A DNA stretch of 64,000 nucleotides, from positions 840,989 through 904,988 of the forward strand of contig MTMF02000009.1 of the NCBI GenBank assembly GCA_002011125.2. The letters are read 5' to 3'. This DNA is from Candidatus Hydrothermarchaeum profundi. GTDB lineage: Archaea > Hydrothermarchaeota > Hydrothermarchaeia > Hydrothermarchaeales > Hydrothermarchaeaceae. Below, one piece after another: positions 22,085-31,766 of the stretch; the first letter of the stretch is position 1; each line of letters begins with the position of its first letter. Position numbers and translations under genes: made by a program. The notes under the pieces are model-generated. The model was given only the letters and a program-made list of their open reading frames with translations, was not told the origin of the DNA and did no database searches.

Positions 22085-22846
22085 ATGGTCTACCTCTATT
22101 TCATGGGCACAGCTGGGAGTGGGAAGACAACTCTAACCTACGCTTTTCAGCTTTGGATGAATCAGGCAGGATATGACAGCATAACCGTCAACTTAGATCC
22201 AGGGGCAGAGAGGATACCTTACCCTGCTGACGTGGATGTGAGAGACTGGGTGTCACTGCCTGAAGTGATGGATCGCTATAGCTTAGGACCGAATGGAGCG
22301 CAGATAATATGCGCTGATATGCTGGCTTTGAACGCCGTCAAAATAAAGGAAGCGATGGATGAGTTCAAGGCAGATTATTTCCTCATAGATACCCCTGGGC
22401 AGGTTGAGTTATTTGCGTACCGTGACGCATCAAAGACGGTGATAGAGACCTTCGGCGAAAGGGACTCAATGATAGCGTTCCTAATAGACCCGGCCTTGGC
22501 TAAAACTCCGACCGGATTTATTTCCCTTGCATTGCTGAGTTGCTCAATCCAGTTCAGACTAGAGTTGCCCACGGTTAACGTATTGAGTAAAGTAGACTTA
22601 CTTGATGAAGACGAGAAGGAAAAGATAATAAGATGGAGCCAAGAGGGCGAGGAACTCCAACGTGCACTCATGGAATCCCCAACTACAATGCAAACACAGA
22701 TGAGCTATGAACTTTTCAAAGTATTAGAATCAAGCGGGGCTTTCAGAGGATTGACGCCCGTATCGAGTGAATCTCTTTTCGGCATGGAGGATCTCTATAA
22801 CGCGGTGCAACAGATATTCTTCGGTGGAGAGGACTTAGAGAAATAG
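22085..22846 (+). CDS. GPN-loop GTPase
   Basis: GTAGSGKTT, NLDPG, LGPNG, DTPGQVELF. Confidence 0.95.
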   Translation: MVYLYFMGTAGSGKTTLTYAFQLWMNQAGYDSITVNLDPGAERIPYPADVDVRDWVSLPEVMDRYSLGPNGAQIICADMLALNAVKIKEAMDEFKADYFLIDTPGQVELFAYRDASKTVIETFGERDSMIAFLIDPALAKTPTGFISLALLSCSIQFRLELPTVNVLSKVDLLDEDEKEKIIRWSQEGEELQRALMESPTTMQTQMSYELFKVLESSGAFRGLTPVSSESLFGMEDLYNAVQQIFFGGEDLEK

Positions 22847-22962
22847 TTGCATGCTTGCTTATCCCTCATACTACTTTGGTTCGCAGCATAAATTTACCCT
22901 CGACTATCGTATGACGTCAAAGCAACTGCAATCGTTCCGTTACTATGTTCCCTCTTCCCGTC

Positions 22963-23448
22963 TCACCCTAGTTTATACCCTATATCTCGCAAGAACTTCT
23001 TTCTAGCTTGAGTGTCTTCCTCCCCTTCAATGCCCTTTGATTTATGCCCATCTATAACCCCTAAAATACCCCGGCCTTGCTCGGTTTCTCCAATGATAAC
23101 TTCCACATCATTTGCAGTAGCACAGTATATTCGGCAGACTTCAGGTACATCCTTTACAGCATTTAGGACATTTATAGGATATGCGTTTTCCAATATTATA
23201 ATAAAACTATGACCTGCAGACAGCGCTAGCGCATTTTTCCCTGCCAGTTTCTCCAATTTTTCATCATTACCTTCCACCCGAACTAAACAGGGTCCTGAGG
23301 ATTCACAAAATGCAAGACCAAACTTTATACCTGGAACAGAGTTAATCAGCACTTCATATAGGTCTTCCACGGTTTTAATAAAGTGGGCTTGCCCGAGAAT
23401 TATATTAGCTTCTTTAGGTTTTTCTATTCTAACGGTTTTTAATTCCAT
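22963..23448 (-). CDS. Adenosine-specific kinase family (DUF355)
   Basis: GQAHFIKTVEDLYE, AFCESSGPCL, YPINVLN, CATAN; start at MELKT. Confidence 0.9.
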   Translation of the reverse strand: MELKTVRIEKPKEANIILGQAHFIKTVEDLYEVLINSVPGIKFGLAFCESSGPCLVRVEGNDEKLEKLAGKNALALSAGHSFIIILENAYPINVLNAVKDVPEVCRIYCATANDVEVIIGETEQGRGILGVIDGHKSKGIEGEEDTQARKKFLRDIGYKLG

Positions 23449-24928
23449 CTCCAGGCACCTTTGTAAGTAGTTTAGCAAATTTTCGTTCTACAGATTGCCT
23501 ATGAATAGTGTTATAGGTGCAGAACGGTATAACTCTCCCATCAGGAACAGCATAGTGTATAACACATCTTTGAATCCTTTCTCTATCAAGGTTATATGGA
23601 TCCATAAAGTGCATGCAACCAATAAATATCGAGTTCTTAAATAATTCTGCCAGAGCTTCCCTTTTCCCCTCTTTCAAAAGATTAGTGACAAGATGTGGGA
23701 TGTTACTTGACTTTGGCATTTGTTTAAGGTCAACTAGCTTTAGAATCTCTTTGGAAAGCTTAGCAAGCGAGGTGATCTTACCTATCTTGCCTTTATTTTT
23801 TATCTCACCTGTGAGTTCGTCTAAGAGTTCGAATAACCCTTCAACGTCTATGAAGCGGGTTATAGGTATAAGCTTACCATCCTCTACAAATACAAATGTA
23901 GCTGCTCCACATGCGGGATGGCAGGTGGGAAATCCTACCGGCTCATTCTTCCAAGCCTCGATGAAGTTAGCTATGGAACCTACGCAAGGTACTGGATAAA
24001 AATCTTCTTTTCTTATTTGACCATCTGTTTGTTCTTCAACTAATTGGAGAAAATCAGGAATGGTTATCCTTTTTTCTTTAAGTTCTCTTTTTGAAATCCT
24101 TCCAGTAAAGGACACCGGTTGAACATTTAGAGATCTAACTACGTCTCTATTTTCAACTACAAACCTAATCATATCACCAATTTGATGGTCGTTAACACCT
24201 CTCACAAGAGTGGGTACAAGGGTTATACTATCGAAGCCTATCTTTCTACAGTTTTCTATGACCTTAAGTTTCTTAGGAAGAGCATTATACCCGCGTGCTT
24301 CTATATAAGGCGCTTCTGTTATGCCATCGAACTGGAGGTATATTGTATTAAGACCTGCGTCCTTGAGTTTCTTTAGGTATTCTATGTCTTCAGCGATTCT
24401 CACTCCATTGGTGGCGACTTGTATTTGTGAGAAGCCCATCTCCTTAGCCATTCTAATTAAGTCTGGTAGGTCCTCCCTCACGGTAGGTTCTCCCCCAGAG
24501 AATTGAATAACAGAGCAGGGCACGGGCTTTTGGTTTCTAAGCACCTCAAACATTTTTTTTATCTGCTCTTTTGAAGGTTCGAAGACATAACCTTGAACAG
24601 CGGCATTAGCAAAGCAAATCGGACATCGCTGATTGCACCTATTTGTTATATCAATATTGCATAAGATTGTAGACGATTTATGCTCAGGACAGATGCCACA
24701 GTCATAGGGACATCCCTCTTCTGTTTTAGTTAGAGGGTTTTTCAGGGGGAATATATAATGGTCGTATTTCATAAAGCGTTTCAAAAGTTTGGAGTCGCTC
24801 CAGTAAACGTCTTCGAATTCTCCATGTTCTGGACATATCTTTCTCATCATTACTTTGCCATTTTCTTCATAGACCTCAGCATCTATTCGACTAAGGCATT
24901 CAGGACACAAAGATACGGTCTTACTCAT
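23429..24928 (-). CDS. tes: Tetraether (GDGT) synthase Tes, radical SAM
   Basis: N-terminal SLCPEC..CPEHG, GCPYDCGICPEH, TNRCNQRCPICFANA, QFSGGEPT, CHPACG, FMDPYN, RCVIHY, IPFC. Confidence 0.92.
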   Translation of the reverse strand: MSKTVSLCPECLSRIDAEVYEENGKVMMRKICPEHGEFEDVYWSDSKLLKRFMKYDHYIFPLKNPLTKTEEGCPYDCGICPEHKSSTILCNIDITNRCNQRCPICFANAAVQGYVFEPSKEQIKKMFEVLRNQKPVPCSVIQFSGGEPTVREDLPDLIRMAKEMGFSQIQVATNGVRIAEDIEYLKKLKDAGLNTIYLQFDGITEAPYIEARGYNALPKKLKVIENCRKIGFDSITLVPTLVRGVNDHQIGDMIRFVVENRDVVRSLNVQPVSFTGRISKRELKEKRITIPDFLQLVEEQTDGQIRKEDFYPVPCVGSIANFIEAWKNEPVGFPTCHPACGAATFVFVEDGKLIPITRFIDVEGLFELLDELTGEIKNKGKIGKITSLAKLSKEILKLVDLKQMPKSSNIPHLVTNLLKEGKREALAELFKNSIFIGCMHFMDPYNLDRERIQRCVIHYAVPDGRVIPFCTYNTIHRQSVERKFAKLLTKVPGDGIKNR

Positions 24929-24970
24929 TTCACCACCTTTTCCCTAAGTGAGAATTCCCCACTCAATAAA

Positions 24971-25522
24971 TTATTGTTTTCTTACATTTATAAGATTTTT
25001 TAGAATTTCCAATCCCGTTCCATTTTTAGCAGAAAATGGAACAATTATGCTATCCCATTTACACCATGGCGGGGAGAGCCCGAGAAGGCTGCTTATCTTA
25101 TTAAGAGTTTCGTCCTTATTCTTAACTTTATCGATTTTGTTAGCTACGACTATAGGATTAAGCTTCATTTCATTAAGAAAATAAAACATCTCTATCTCTA
25201 CCGGGATTTCCCCTCTGTTATACCATCTCTCTGCAATTTCAATAAAAGAGTTCGCATCAATAACTTGTATAGCGAAAAGAATTTCCTCATTTTCTATAAA
25301 CTTAACTATAAAGTCTTTTATTTTTTCCTGCTTATAACTGCTAACCCCCGGCATATATCCAAACCCTGGCATGTCTACGAGTATTATATCTCCATATGGG
25401 ATAAAGTAGGGCTTTAGCGTCACTCCAGGCCTTTTTCCAGTTTTTATTTTTTCCCCAGTAAGCAATTTTAAAACACTGCTCTTCCCAACATTTGACCTGC
25501 CCACAACTACTACTTTATTCAT
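24971..25522 (-). CDS. engB: GTP-binding protein EngB
   Basis: GRSNVGKSS, GKRPGVT, DMPGFG, NKID. Confidence 0.92.
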   Translation of the reverse strand: MNKVVVVGRSNVGKSSVLKLLTGEKIKTGKRPGVTLKPYFIPYGDIILVDMPGFGYMPGVSSYKQEKIKDFIVKFIENEEILFAIQVIDANSFIEIAERWYNRGEIPVEIEMFYFLNEMKLNPIVVANKIDKVKNKDETLNKISSLLGLSPPWCKWDSIIVPFSAKNGTGLEILKNLINVRKQ

Positions 25523-25597
25523 CTTATTCTAAGATTGTTTTAAAGCTAATAACATTTTTCTTCATATTTTTAAAGGAAAAGTTGCAAAAAGGATACT

Positions 25598-26113
25598 ATG
25601 AAAATATTGGTTACAGGGCCTCCAGGATGCGGTAAAACAACTTTAGTAAAAAACGTAATAGCATCTTCTAAAAAAAAAGTAGGCGGAATTATTACTGAGG
25701 AAATCCGATGCGGGGGGGTGAGAGTAGGTTTTAAGTTGATTGATTTATCTACTAATAGTGAGGGGATATTATCCCATGTAGAACAAAAAAAGGGGCCTAG
25801 AGTAGGTAAGTATCGAGTAAATCTGCCTGATTTAGATGATATAGGCATAAAAGCAATAGAAAATGCGATAGAAGAAGGGGAAGTAATTGTAATAGATGAA
25901 ATAGGCCCTATGGAATTGCATAGCGAAAAATTTATTAAGACCGTTGAAAAAGCATTTGACTCTGGAAAAGATATTATAGCAACGATTCATTTCAAGTCTA
26001 AGCATCCATTCATTGAAGATTTAAAGAAAAAAAGCGATGTTTTGTATATCTTGAATGAGAATAATAGGAACACTATAAGGAAAGAAATAGTGAGGTATCT
26101 AAATGAAGATTAA
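25598..26113 (+). CDS. Nucleoside triphosphatase THEP1 family
   Basis: TGPPGCGKTT, RVGKYRV, IDEIGPMEL. Confidence 0.93.
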   Translation: MKILVTGPPGCGKTTLVKNVIASSKKKVGGIITEEIRCGGVRVGFKLIDLSTNSEGILSHVEQKKGPRVGKYRVNLPDLDDIGIKAIENAIEEGEVIVIDEIGPMELHSEKFIKTVEKAFDSGKDIIATIHFKSKHPFIEDLKKKSDVLYILNENNRNTIRKEIVRYLNED

Positions 26114-26555
26114 GCTTGTAGGCTTTAGAGGCTCCCGGAGAGGGGTATATAATGATTATGGAATTTTAGAAGTTGAAAATGAAAATCCAGTAGATCTCAT
26201 TGGAGAAAAGGTGGTTTGGACCACACCTACCGGGAAAACTATAATCGGAAAAATATTACGGCAACATGGCTCTCGCAATCTCTTAGCAAAATTTAGAAAA
26301 GGCTTGCCTGGAAATGCTTTAGGAGACGAACTCAAACTTTCAAAGCTATCTAAAGCAAAAGAGAAAATTGAAAAAGCCCCTGAGAAACCTCTTAAAGTAA
26401 AAAAATCTAAAGTAAAAGAAGAAAAAGCTCCAAAACCTAAGAAAGAAGAAAAAGCTAAAAAGAAAAAGACGGCACCAAAAAAAGGTAAAAAAAGTAAGGA
26501 GACCGCAAAGAAAAAACCCGCTTCGAAGAAAAAATCTACTTCAAAGAAAAAGTAG
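26103..26555 (+). CDS. rpl35ae: 50S ribosomal protein L35Ae with Lys-rich C-terminal extension
   Basis: LIGEKVVW..GKTIIGKI..HG..AKFRKGLPG core followed by about 70 aa K/A/P/E-rich tail. Confidence 0.8.
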   Translation: MKIKLVGFRGSRRGVYNDYGILEVENENPVDLIGEKVVWTTPTGKTIIGKILRQHGSRNLLAKFRKGLPGNALGDELKLSKLSKAKEKIEKAPEKPLKVKKSKVKEEKAPKPKKEEKAKKKKTAPKKGKKSKETAKKKPASKKKSTSKKK

Positions 26556-26557
26556 GT

Positions 26558-26965
26558 TCATGTAACCTTAAGTTCCTCCTCGATGAACTTTCCCTTTCTT
26601 TCATCCCATATCCAAGACGAGATCGTTCCGCTGGGGACTGATATTATAATATAAGATGCTCCACTCCAGCTGGCTCTCTCAGAGTCGATTATAGAAGGGT
26701 AGCTACCTCCCGATGGATGTGAATGAAAAAAGCCTACAATTTCAAGAGCTTTTTCATTTGCATGATCCATGATTTTAAGAATCTCTTTTGGGTCGATTGT
26801 GTATCTCGCTATTGGGTAAGCATCAACATTAGTGCACAGGTGGACTTCTTTAACAATCTTGACATCTCCCCATTCCCCCACCAATATACCACAGGACTCC
26901 TTAGGCGCCTCACTGCGTGCATGTTGAAGTATTTTCTTGACGTGATCTTGTTTTAGAATAATCAT
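26558..26965 (-). CDS. JAMM/MPN+ (M67) metallopeptidase
   Basis: ESCGIL, FFHSHP...PSxxD. Confidence 0.92.
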   Translation of the reverse strand: MIILKQDHVKKILQHARSEAPKESCGILVGEWGDVKIVKEVHLCTNVDAYPIARYTIDPKEILKIMDHANEKALEIVGFFHSHPSGGSYPSIIDSERASWSGASYIIISVPSGTISSWIWDERKGKFIEEELKVT

Positions 26966-27038
26966 TTACTCCTCACAGAGAAAGTTATTATACAAGTTCC
27001 TTTTATCGCAAGTCTTATTTATTCTGTTATTTATCAAT

Positions 27039-27704
27039 GTGAGTATGAACCTTTTGGATTTTTCTTGGACGGAGATTGAGGAGTATTTAAAATATAAAAC
27101 TGCGATTTTTTTGCCAATAGGATCTGTAGAAGAGCACGGTTATCATCTGCCCTTATCGACAGATGGCGATATTGCACTAGCAGTTTGCAATACTCTAAGC
27201 CAGAAAACAGGCATACTGGTAGCTCCCATAATTTGGTATGGTTATTCTAATTCCACTAGAGGTTATCCAGGCACGATAATGGTAGGAATTCAGGAGCTGA
27301 AAAATTATATTTTTGGAGTACTCCTCGGGCTAAAGGAGAGCGGTTTTAAGACGGTTTATATAGTTTCAGGGCATTATAGCAATGAGCACATCACGGCGTT
27401 AGTTGAAGCAGGAAAAAATATCAGAGGTATCAGGGTTAAGCTACTCGATTTTTCTAAAATCGATTTTTCTGATATATTAGAAACCAAGCCAATGCATGCT
27501 TGCGAGGCAGAGACTTCTTTGATGTTATACCTATTCCCTCAGAAGGTTAAATTAGAAAAGGCAGTAAATGAGGATATAGCTTTTGAGGGGGATAAGCTGA
27601 AAAAAACGAAAAGCGGGGTTTTTGGAACCCCTACTAAGGCTTCAAAAGAAAAAGGGAAACTTCTCTTTGAACGAATAATTGGAGAGCTGGAGAAGCTTTT
27701 ATGA
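27039..27704 (+). CDS. Creatininase family amidohydrolase
   Basis: PIGSVEEHGYHLPLSTD, SGH, HACEAETS, SGVFG. Confidence 0.9.
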   Translation: MSMNLLDFSWTEIEEYLKYKTAIFLPIGSVEEHGYHLPLSTDGDIALAVCNTLSQKTGILVAPIIWYGYSNSTRGYPGTIMVGIQELKNYIFGVLLGLKESGFKTVYIVSGHYSNEHITALVEAGKNIRGIRVKLLDFSKIDFSDILETKPMHACEAETSLMLYLFPQKVKLEKAVNEDIAFEGDKLKKTKSGVFGTPTKASKEKGKLLFERIIGELEKLL

Positions 27705-28852
27705 GGAATTTGAATTTTGTAATGGCGTGTTTTTTAACATTCATAACATATGTAGGGATTTTCATGAGGATCCCTATAATCCCTCTTTATGCGAAGTCTA
27801 TAGGAGCATCAACGATGGAGGTGGGGTTAATTGCCTTTTCGTTTATGATCATCGCTTCGTCTCTGGCTATCCCTCTAGGTTCTCTCTCTGATAACCTAGG
27901 TAGAAGGCGTTTAATCTCAATAGGCGTTATCTTAACTGCGGCAGCCTCGTTCCTCTTACCTTTAACTAATACCCCTCTTCAAATCATGATAATTTATGGA
28001 TTAGCCGGACTAGGTGCATCTTCCTTTGCACCGGCAATGGCATCCTTTGTAGGGGATATAACTTCAATGCAACGTATGGGGCGATCGTATGGGTGGTATA
28101 CAGCTTCGATGCAACTTGGCATGGCCTCCGGCCCTAGTATTGGAGGATTTATCGCTGGATATGCAGGGTATAAGGCTGTATTCTTATTCTCCGGATTAAT
28201 CGCATTATTAGGGTTAATCGTTGTTACCAGATTACCTAAGTTATCGGTTCAGAGCAGTGTTTATAATTTACATCAAATTAGTAGAGGTATTCTCGAGCTA
28301 AGTAAAAACAGTAAAATAATTGCTGCATGGCTTGCTACTTTCTTTGTAGCATTTGCCTTTGGAGTATTTCAACCTTTTTTTCCTTTATATGCGAAAGATA
28401 TAGGGATCACCGAGTTCTTTATCGGTATAATATTCGGGGTTAATGCGGTCTTTAGTGCTTTTGGTAGAATTCCAGCAGGCTATTTATCTGATAAGATAGG
28501 TAGAAGGTATCCATTTATCCTAGCTGGGATGATAATTTTTGCGTTCTGCATTTCTATTATTGGTTTGCTGGAAACTATATATCCTATACTGGTTACAGTA
28601 GGCATAGCCGGGCTAGCTATGGGGGTTACAACAATGGCTGTTACTACTTCTCTCGCAGTGACCGCAGAGAAGGAAAATAGAGGCATCGCTCTCGGGGGAT
28701 TCAGCACCTCGCTGTATGGGGGATTCGCACTAAGTGGTATCATAGGTGGGAAAATAATATCAAGCTATGGCTTCACCACGGGTTTTGCTACCGCTGGCAT
28801 AGTTTGCGGAGTAGGAGCGGTAATTTTCTATATAATAAGATACTTGACATAA
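27701..28852 (+). CDS. MFS transporter
   Basis: Multiple TM helices; motif A GSLSDNLGRR and GYLSDKIGRR. Confidence 0.93.
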   Translation: MRNLNFVMACFLTFITYVGIFMRIPIIPLYAKSIGASTMEVGLIAFSFMIIASSLAIPLGSLSDNLGRRRLISIGVILTAAASFLLPLTNTPLQIMIIYGLAGLGASSFAPAMASFVGDITSMQRMGRSYGWYTASMQLGMASGPSIGGFIAGYAGYKAVFLFSGLIALLGLIVVTRLPKLSVQSSVYNLHQISRGILELSKNSKIIAAWLATFFVAFAFGVFQPFFPLYAKDIGITEFFIGIIFGVNAVFSAFGRIPAGYLSDKIGRRYPFILAGMIIFAFCISIIGLLETIYPILVTVGIAGLAMGVTTMAVTTSLAVTAEKENRGIALGGFSTSLYGGFALSGIIGGKIISSYGFTTGFATAGIVCGVGAVIFYIIRYLT

Positions 28853-28906
28853 CAAATCTTATATTCTATCTTTACATATTTTCTATAAAACTGGGGGATT
28901 CTAAAT

Positions 28907-29209
28907 ATGGAGTCTTTAAAAAAGCTCGGACTATTGGGTATTGGTCTTGCAGCTCTAACGCAAGAAAAGCTTCAAGAGTTGATAAAAGAACTAGAAGAAA
29001 AAGGAGAGTTAACTAAAGAGGAAGGTAAAAAGATTGCAGAGGAAGCTATAGCAGAAAGAGAGAAGAAAGCACAGGAAATACAAAAAAAGGTAGCAGCTGA
29101 AGTGACAAAAGCTTTAGAAAAGTTAGATGTAGCGACTAAGAAAGACTTGGAGAAATTGAACAGAAGGATAGCTAAGCTTGAAAAAGCTCTTGAAAAATTA
29201 TCAAAGTGA
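28907..29209 (+). CDS. Phasin-like coiled-coil protein (COG3937-like)
   Basis: LLGIGLAALT, ELEEKGELTKEEG, ATKKDLEKLNRRIAKLE. Confidence 0.75.
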   Translation: MESLKKLGLLGIGLAALTQEKLQELIKELEEKGELTKEEGKKIAEEAIAEREKKAQEIQKKVAAEVTKALEKLDVATKKDLEKLNRRIAKLEKALEKLSK

Positions 29210-29210
29210 T

Positions 29211-30878
29211 ATGCGAATTGGTTTGCTGAGGAGATATGAAGAGATACAGAGGCTCCATCAGATAGTGGATGTCCTGATAAAACACGGTCTGGGTTATCTC
29301 GCAAAAAGGATAGAGCTACATTCACTTATACCCTTCAGGAAAAGAATTTTTGGGCCGAAACAGGTAGAAGTCGAGCCGTTGCCAGTTACGGCTAGAAAAA
29401 TACTAGAAGAGTTAGGTCCAACCTTCATTAAATTTGGGCAAATTTTAAGCAGTAGACCAGACCTTATACCTAGAGAATATGTGGTCGAATTTAGCAAACT
29501 TTTGGACAGGGTACCCCCTTTCAGTTATGAAGAGGTAGAGAAACAGATAGAAAATGAACTCGGCGCCCCTATAAGCGAGTTATTTGATTTCTTTGATAAA
29601 AAACCCTTTGCGTCGGCCTCAATAGGACAAGTACATGTAGCATGTTTAAAGACTGGAGAAAAAGTTGTAGTAAAAATACAACGTCCCGGAATAGAGGATA
29701 TCATAGAGTCGGATATTAATGTCCTTTATACTCTGGCGAAACTAGTTGAAAGACATCTGCCAGAAACGAGGCCATATGATCCTACTGGCATAGTAAGGGA
29801 ATTCGCAAAAACCATCCGGAAGGAGTTAGATTACACACGTGAAGCAAGAAATGCAGAGAAATTTCAAAGGAATTTTAAAGAAATAGAATACATACGAATT
29901 CCGAAAGTTTATAGGGAGTATACTAGCAGAAGGGTCCTAACCCTTGAGTATCTAGAAGGGATAAAATTAGGAGACATTGAAGAGTTAGAGCGTAGGGGCT
30001 ATGATAGAAAAAGGATAGCAGAAAATCTTGCAAAATCGTTTTTAAAGCAGGTTTATGTTGACGGATTCTTCCAGGGAGATCCCCACCCGGCGAATATACT
30101 GGTACTCGAAGATGAGTCCTTAGGGTTCATTGATTTTGGGATGATAGGGAGGCTGGATAAAGACTTAATGAACAAACTTGCTGATATATTCATAGCTGTA
30201 GTTAGAAAGGATATAGATAAGGTAGTTAAGGGATATTTGGAGATTGGCATAATAGACGTTAGCACAGATATACAAGATTTCAAGTTAGATGCGCAAGAAC
30301 TCATAGAACATTATTATGGAGTTCCTATTAAGGAAATAGACACGACAGCTCTGATGAAGGAAATCATGGATATGGCGATGGAGTATCGGATTAGAATACC
30401 CTCTAATTTTTCACTATTTATAAAAAGTCTTGCTACTGTAGAGTCGGTTGCCAGACAACTTGACCCCGAGTTTAACCTTTCAGTAGTGGCTGAACCATTC
30501 GTAAAAGAGATGGTAAAAAGTAGGATTCATCCAAAAGTCATTGCGTCTGAATTTCTTAAAAGCGTTTCGGAGCTTGGCGAGAGTGCAATCACTATCCCTA
30601 AGAAAGTGGAACGCGTTCTTGAAAAGGTAGAGAAAGATCAGCTCGTATTAGAGCATAGAGGATTTGACAGATTTATTTCTGAGTTAAATGCAACAGGCAA
30701 TAGGATATCTTTAGCTCTCATAGTTTCGGCCATAATTGTTTCATCAGCGCTAATAATGCAGACCGGTAAGGGCCCATTATTCTTAGGTCTTCCATTTTTT
30801 AGTCTCTTAGGCTTTACTATCGCAGGAATACTTGGGGCAATATTAGTTATAACGATTGTTCGCTCTGGAAGATTATGA
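29211..30878 (+). CDS. UbiB/AarF/ABC1 family atypical kinase
   Basis: LGPTFIKFGQ, ASASIGQVH, VVKIQRP, ELDY, GDPHPAN, DFG; C-terminal TMs. Confidence 0.93.
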   Translation: MRIGLLRRYEEIQRLHQIVDVLIKHGLGYLAKRIELHSLIPFRKRIFGPKQVEVEPLPVTARKILEELGPTFIKFGQILSSRPDLIPREYVVEFSKLLDRVPPFSYEEVEKQIENELGAPISELFDFFDKKPFASASIGQVHVACLKTGEKVVVKIQRPGIEDIIESDINVLYTLAKLVERHLPETRPYDPTGIVREFAKTIRKELDYTREARNAEKFQRNFKEIEYIRIPKVYREYTSRRVLTLEYLEGIKLGDIEELERRGYDRKRIAENLAKSFLKQVYVDGFFQGDPHPANILVLEDESLGFIDFGMIGRLDKDLMNKLADIFIAVVRKDIDKVVKGYLEIGIIDVSTDIQDFKLDAQELIEHYYGVPIKEIDTTALMKEIMDMAMEYRIRIPSNFSLFIKSLATVESVARQLDPEFNLSVVAEPFVKEMVKSRIHPKVIASEFLKSVSELGESAITIPKKVERVLEKVEKDQLVLEHRGFDRFISELNATGNRISLALIVSAIIVSSALIMQTGKGPLFLGLPFFSLLGFTIAGILGAILVITIVRSGRL

Positions 30879-31054
30879 TTTATCTTCTTAGCGCCCCCTT
30901 ATTTAGTATCTTATAACGATATTTCTCTGCAGAGCGCTGAAATTTTTTTTAGTTATGGGGTATTCTTTAAAATAATAAATTTTGGCTAGATATAGTACTT
31001 TAGAGATGAAAAGTGTAAATATGCTGTCACTTTAATATATAAGGGGGTGATATC

Positions 31055-31240
31055 TTGCCAGTAGTTAAGATAGAAATGTGGGAAGGTAGAACAAAAGAGC
31101 AAAAAGCGGAATTAGCAAGGGTAATAACAGAGGCTTTAGTAAGGATAGCAAAAACCTCGCCTGAGCATGTCCACATAATTTTCGAAGATGTAAAAAAGGA
31201 GAATTGGGCTATCGGCGGAGTTCTTTCATCAGATCTCTAG
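31055..31240 (+). CDS. 4-oxalocrotonate tautomerase family protein
   Basis: TTG start with GGGGTGA RBS, N-terminal catalytic Pro, GRTKEQK, NWAIGG. Confidence 0.9.
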   Translation: MPVVKIEMWEGRTKEQKAELARVITEALVRIAKTSPEHVHIIFEDVKKENWAIGGVLSSDL

Positions 31241-31243
31241 TTT

Positions 31244-31317
31244 GCCCCTGTGGTCCAGTTTGGATAAGACAGGAGCCTCCGGAGCTCCTAACCCGGGTTC
31301 GAATCCCGGCAGGGGCA
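31244..31317 (+). tRNA. tRNA-Arg(CCG)
   Basis: Acceptor stem GCCCCTG/CAGGGGC, anticodon arm GGAGC-CTCCGGA-GCTCC, T arm CCGGG-TTCGAAT-CCCGG; no intron, CCA not encoded. Confidence 0.95.
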
Positions 31318-31360
31318 TTAAACCATAAGTAATAAATATATTTCTAAATTATTGTTTTTT

Positions 31361-31766
31361 ATGATGCCTAGGATACATATCTACGGCTATAGTGGGAGTC
31401 TGAGGGTAGTAGAGGAGGGACTGAAGAAGACCAACCCCGTCCCTAGACGGGACCCAAGTTCAGGTGCTTCCTCGCCAGAAGCTTGGGAGCTGGCTGGGGG
31501 AGGTAGAAAGGGGAGATAAAAACCCGGAAGAATCGGAAGTGAATCTGTATTCAAGAAAAGACTAGAAATGCCATTTGAAGAGGCGGGGAGAGAAGAAAGG
31601 GAAGAAACGGAAGAAATAAAAGAGAAAATAAAAAAAGGATAAGAATGGAGGGGAGGAGATCGAGCTTCCTTCCTATGGAGGCAGGGGAACTCTTCGCAGG
31701 CATATGGTCCAGAAGGGGTATACTGTCCTGGGAAGTAAGAATGAATTACCATGCTAGGGTAATATA
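31361..31766 (+). pseudogene. Degenerate coding-like remnant
   Basis: Purine-rich coding-like sequence broken by stops in all + frames; directly after the tRNA 3' end; origin unidentified. Confidence 0.4.

Noticed and set aside
22847-22962. Stop-codon readthrough (Sec/Pyl) or ncRNA after the adenosine kinase gene
   Set aside because: The protein is already complete at GYKLG; no SECIS-like or C/D-box motif seen
31387-31752. 121-aa minus-strand ORF
   Set aside because: Ser/Pro/Phe-rich mirror of a purine-rich + strand; not protein-like
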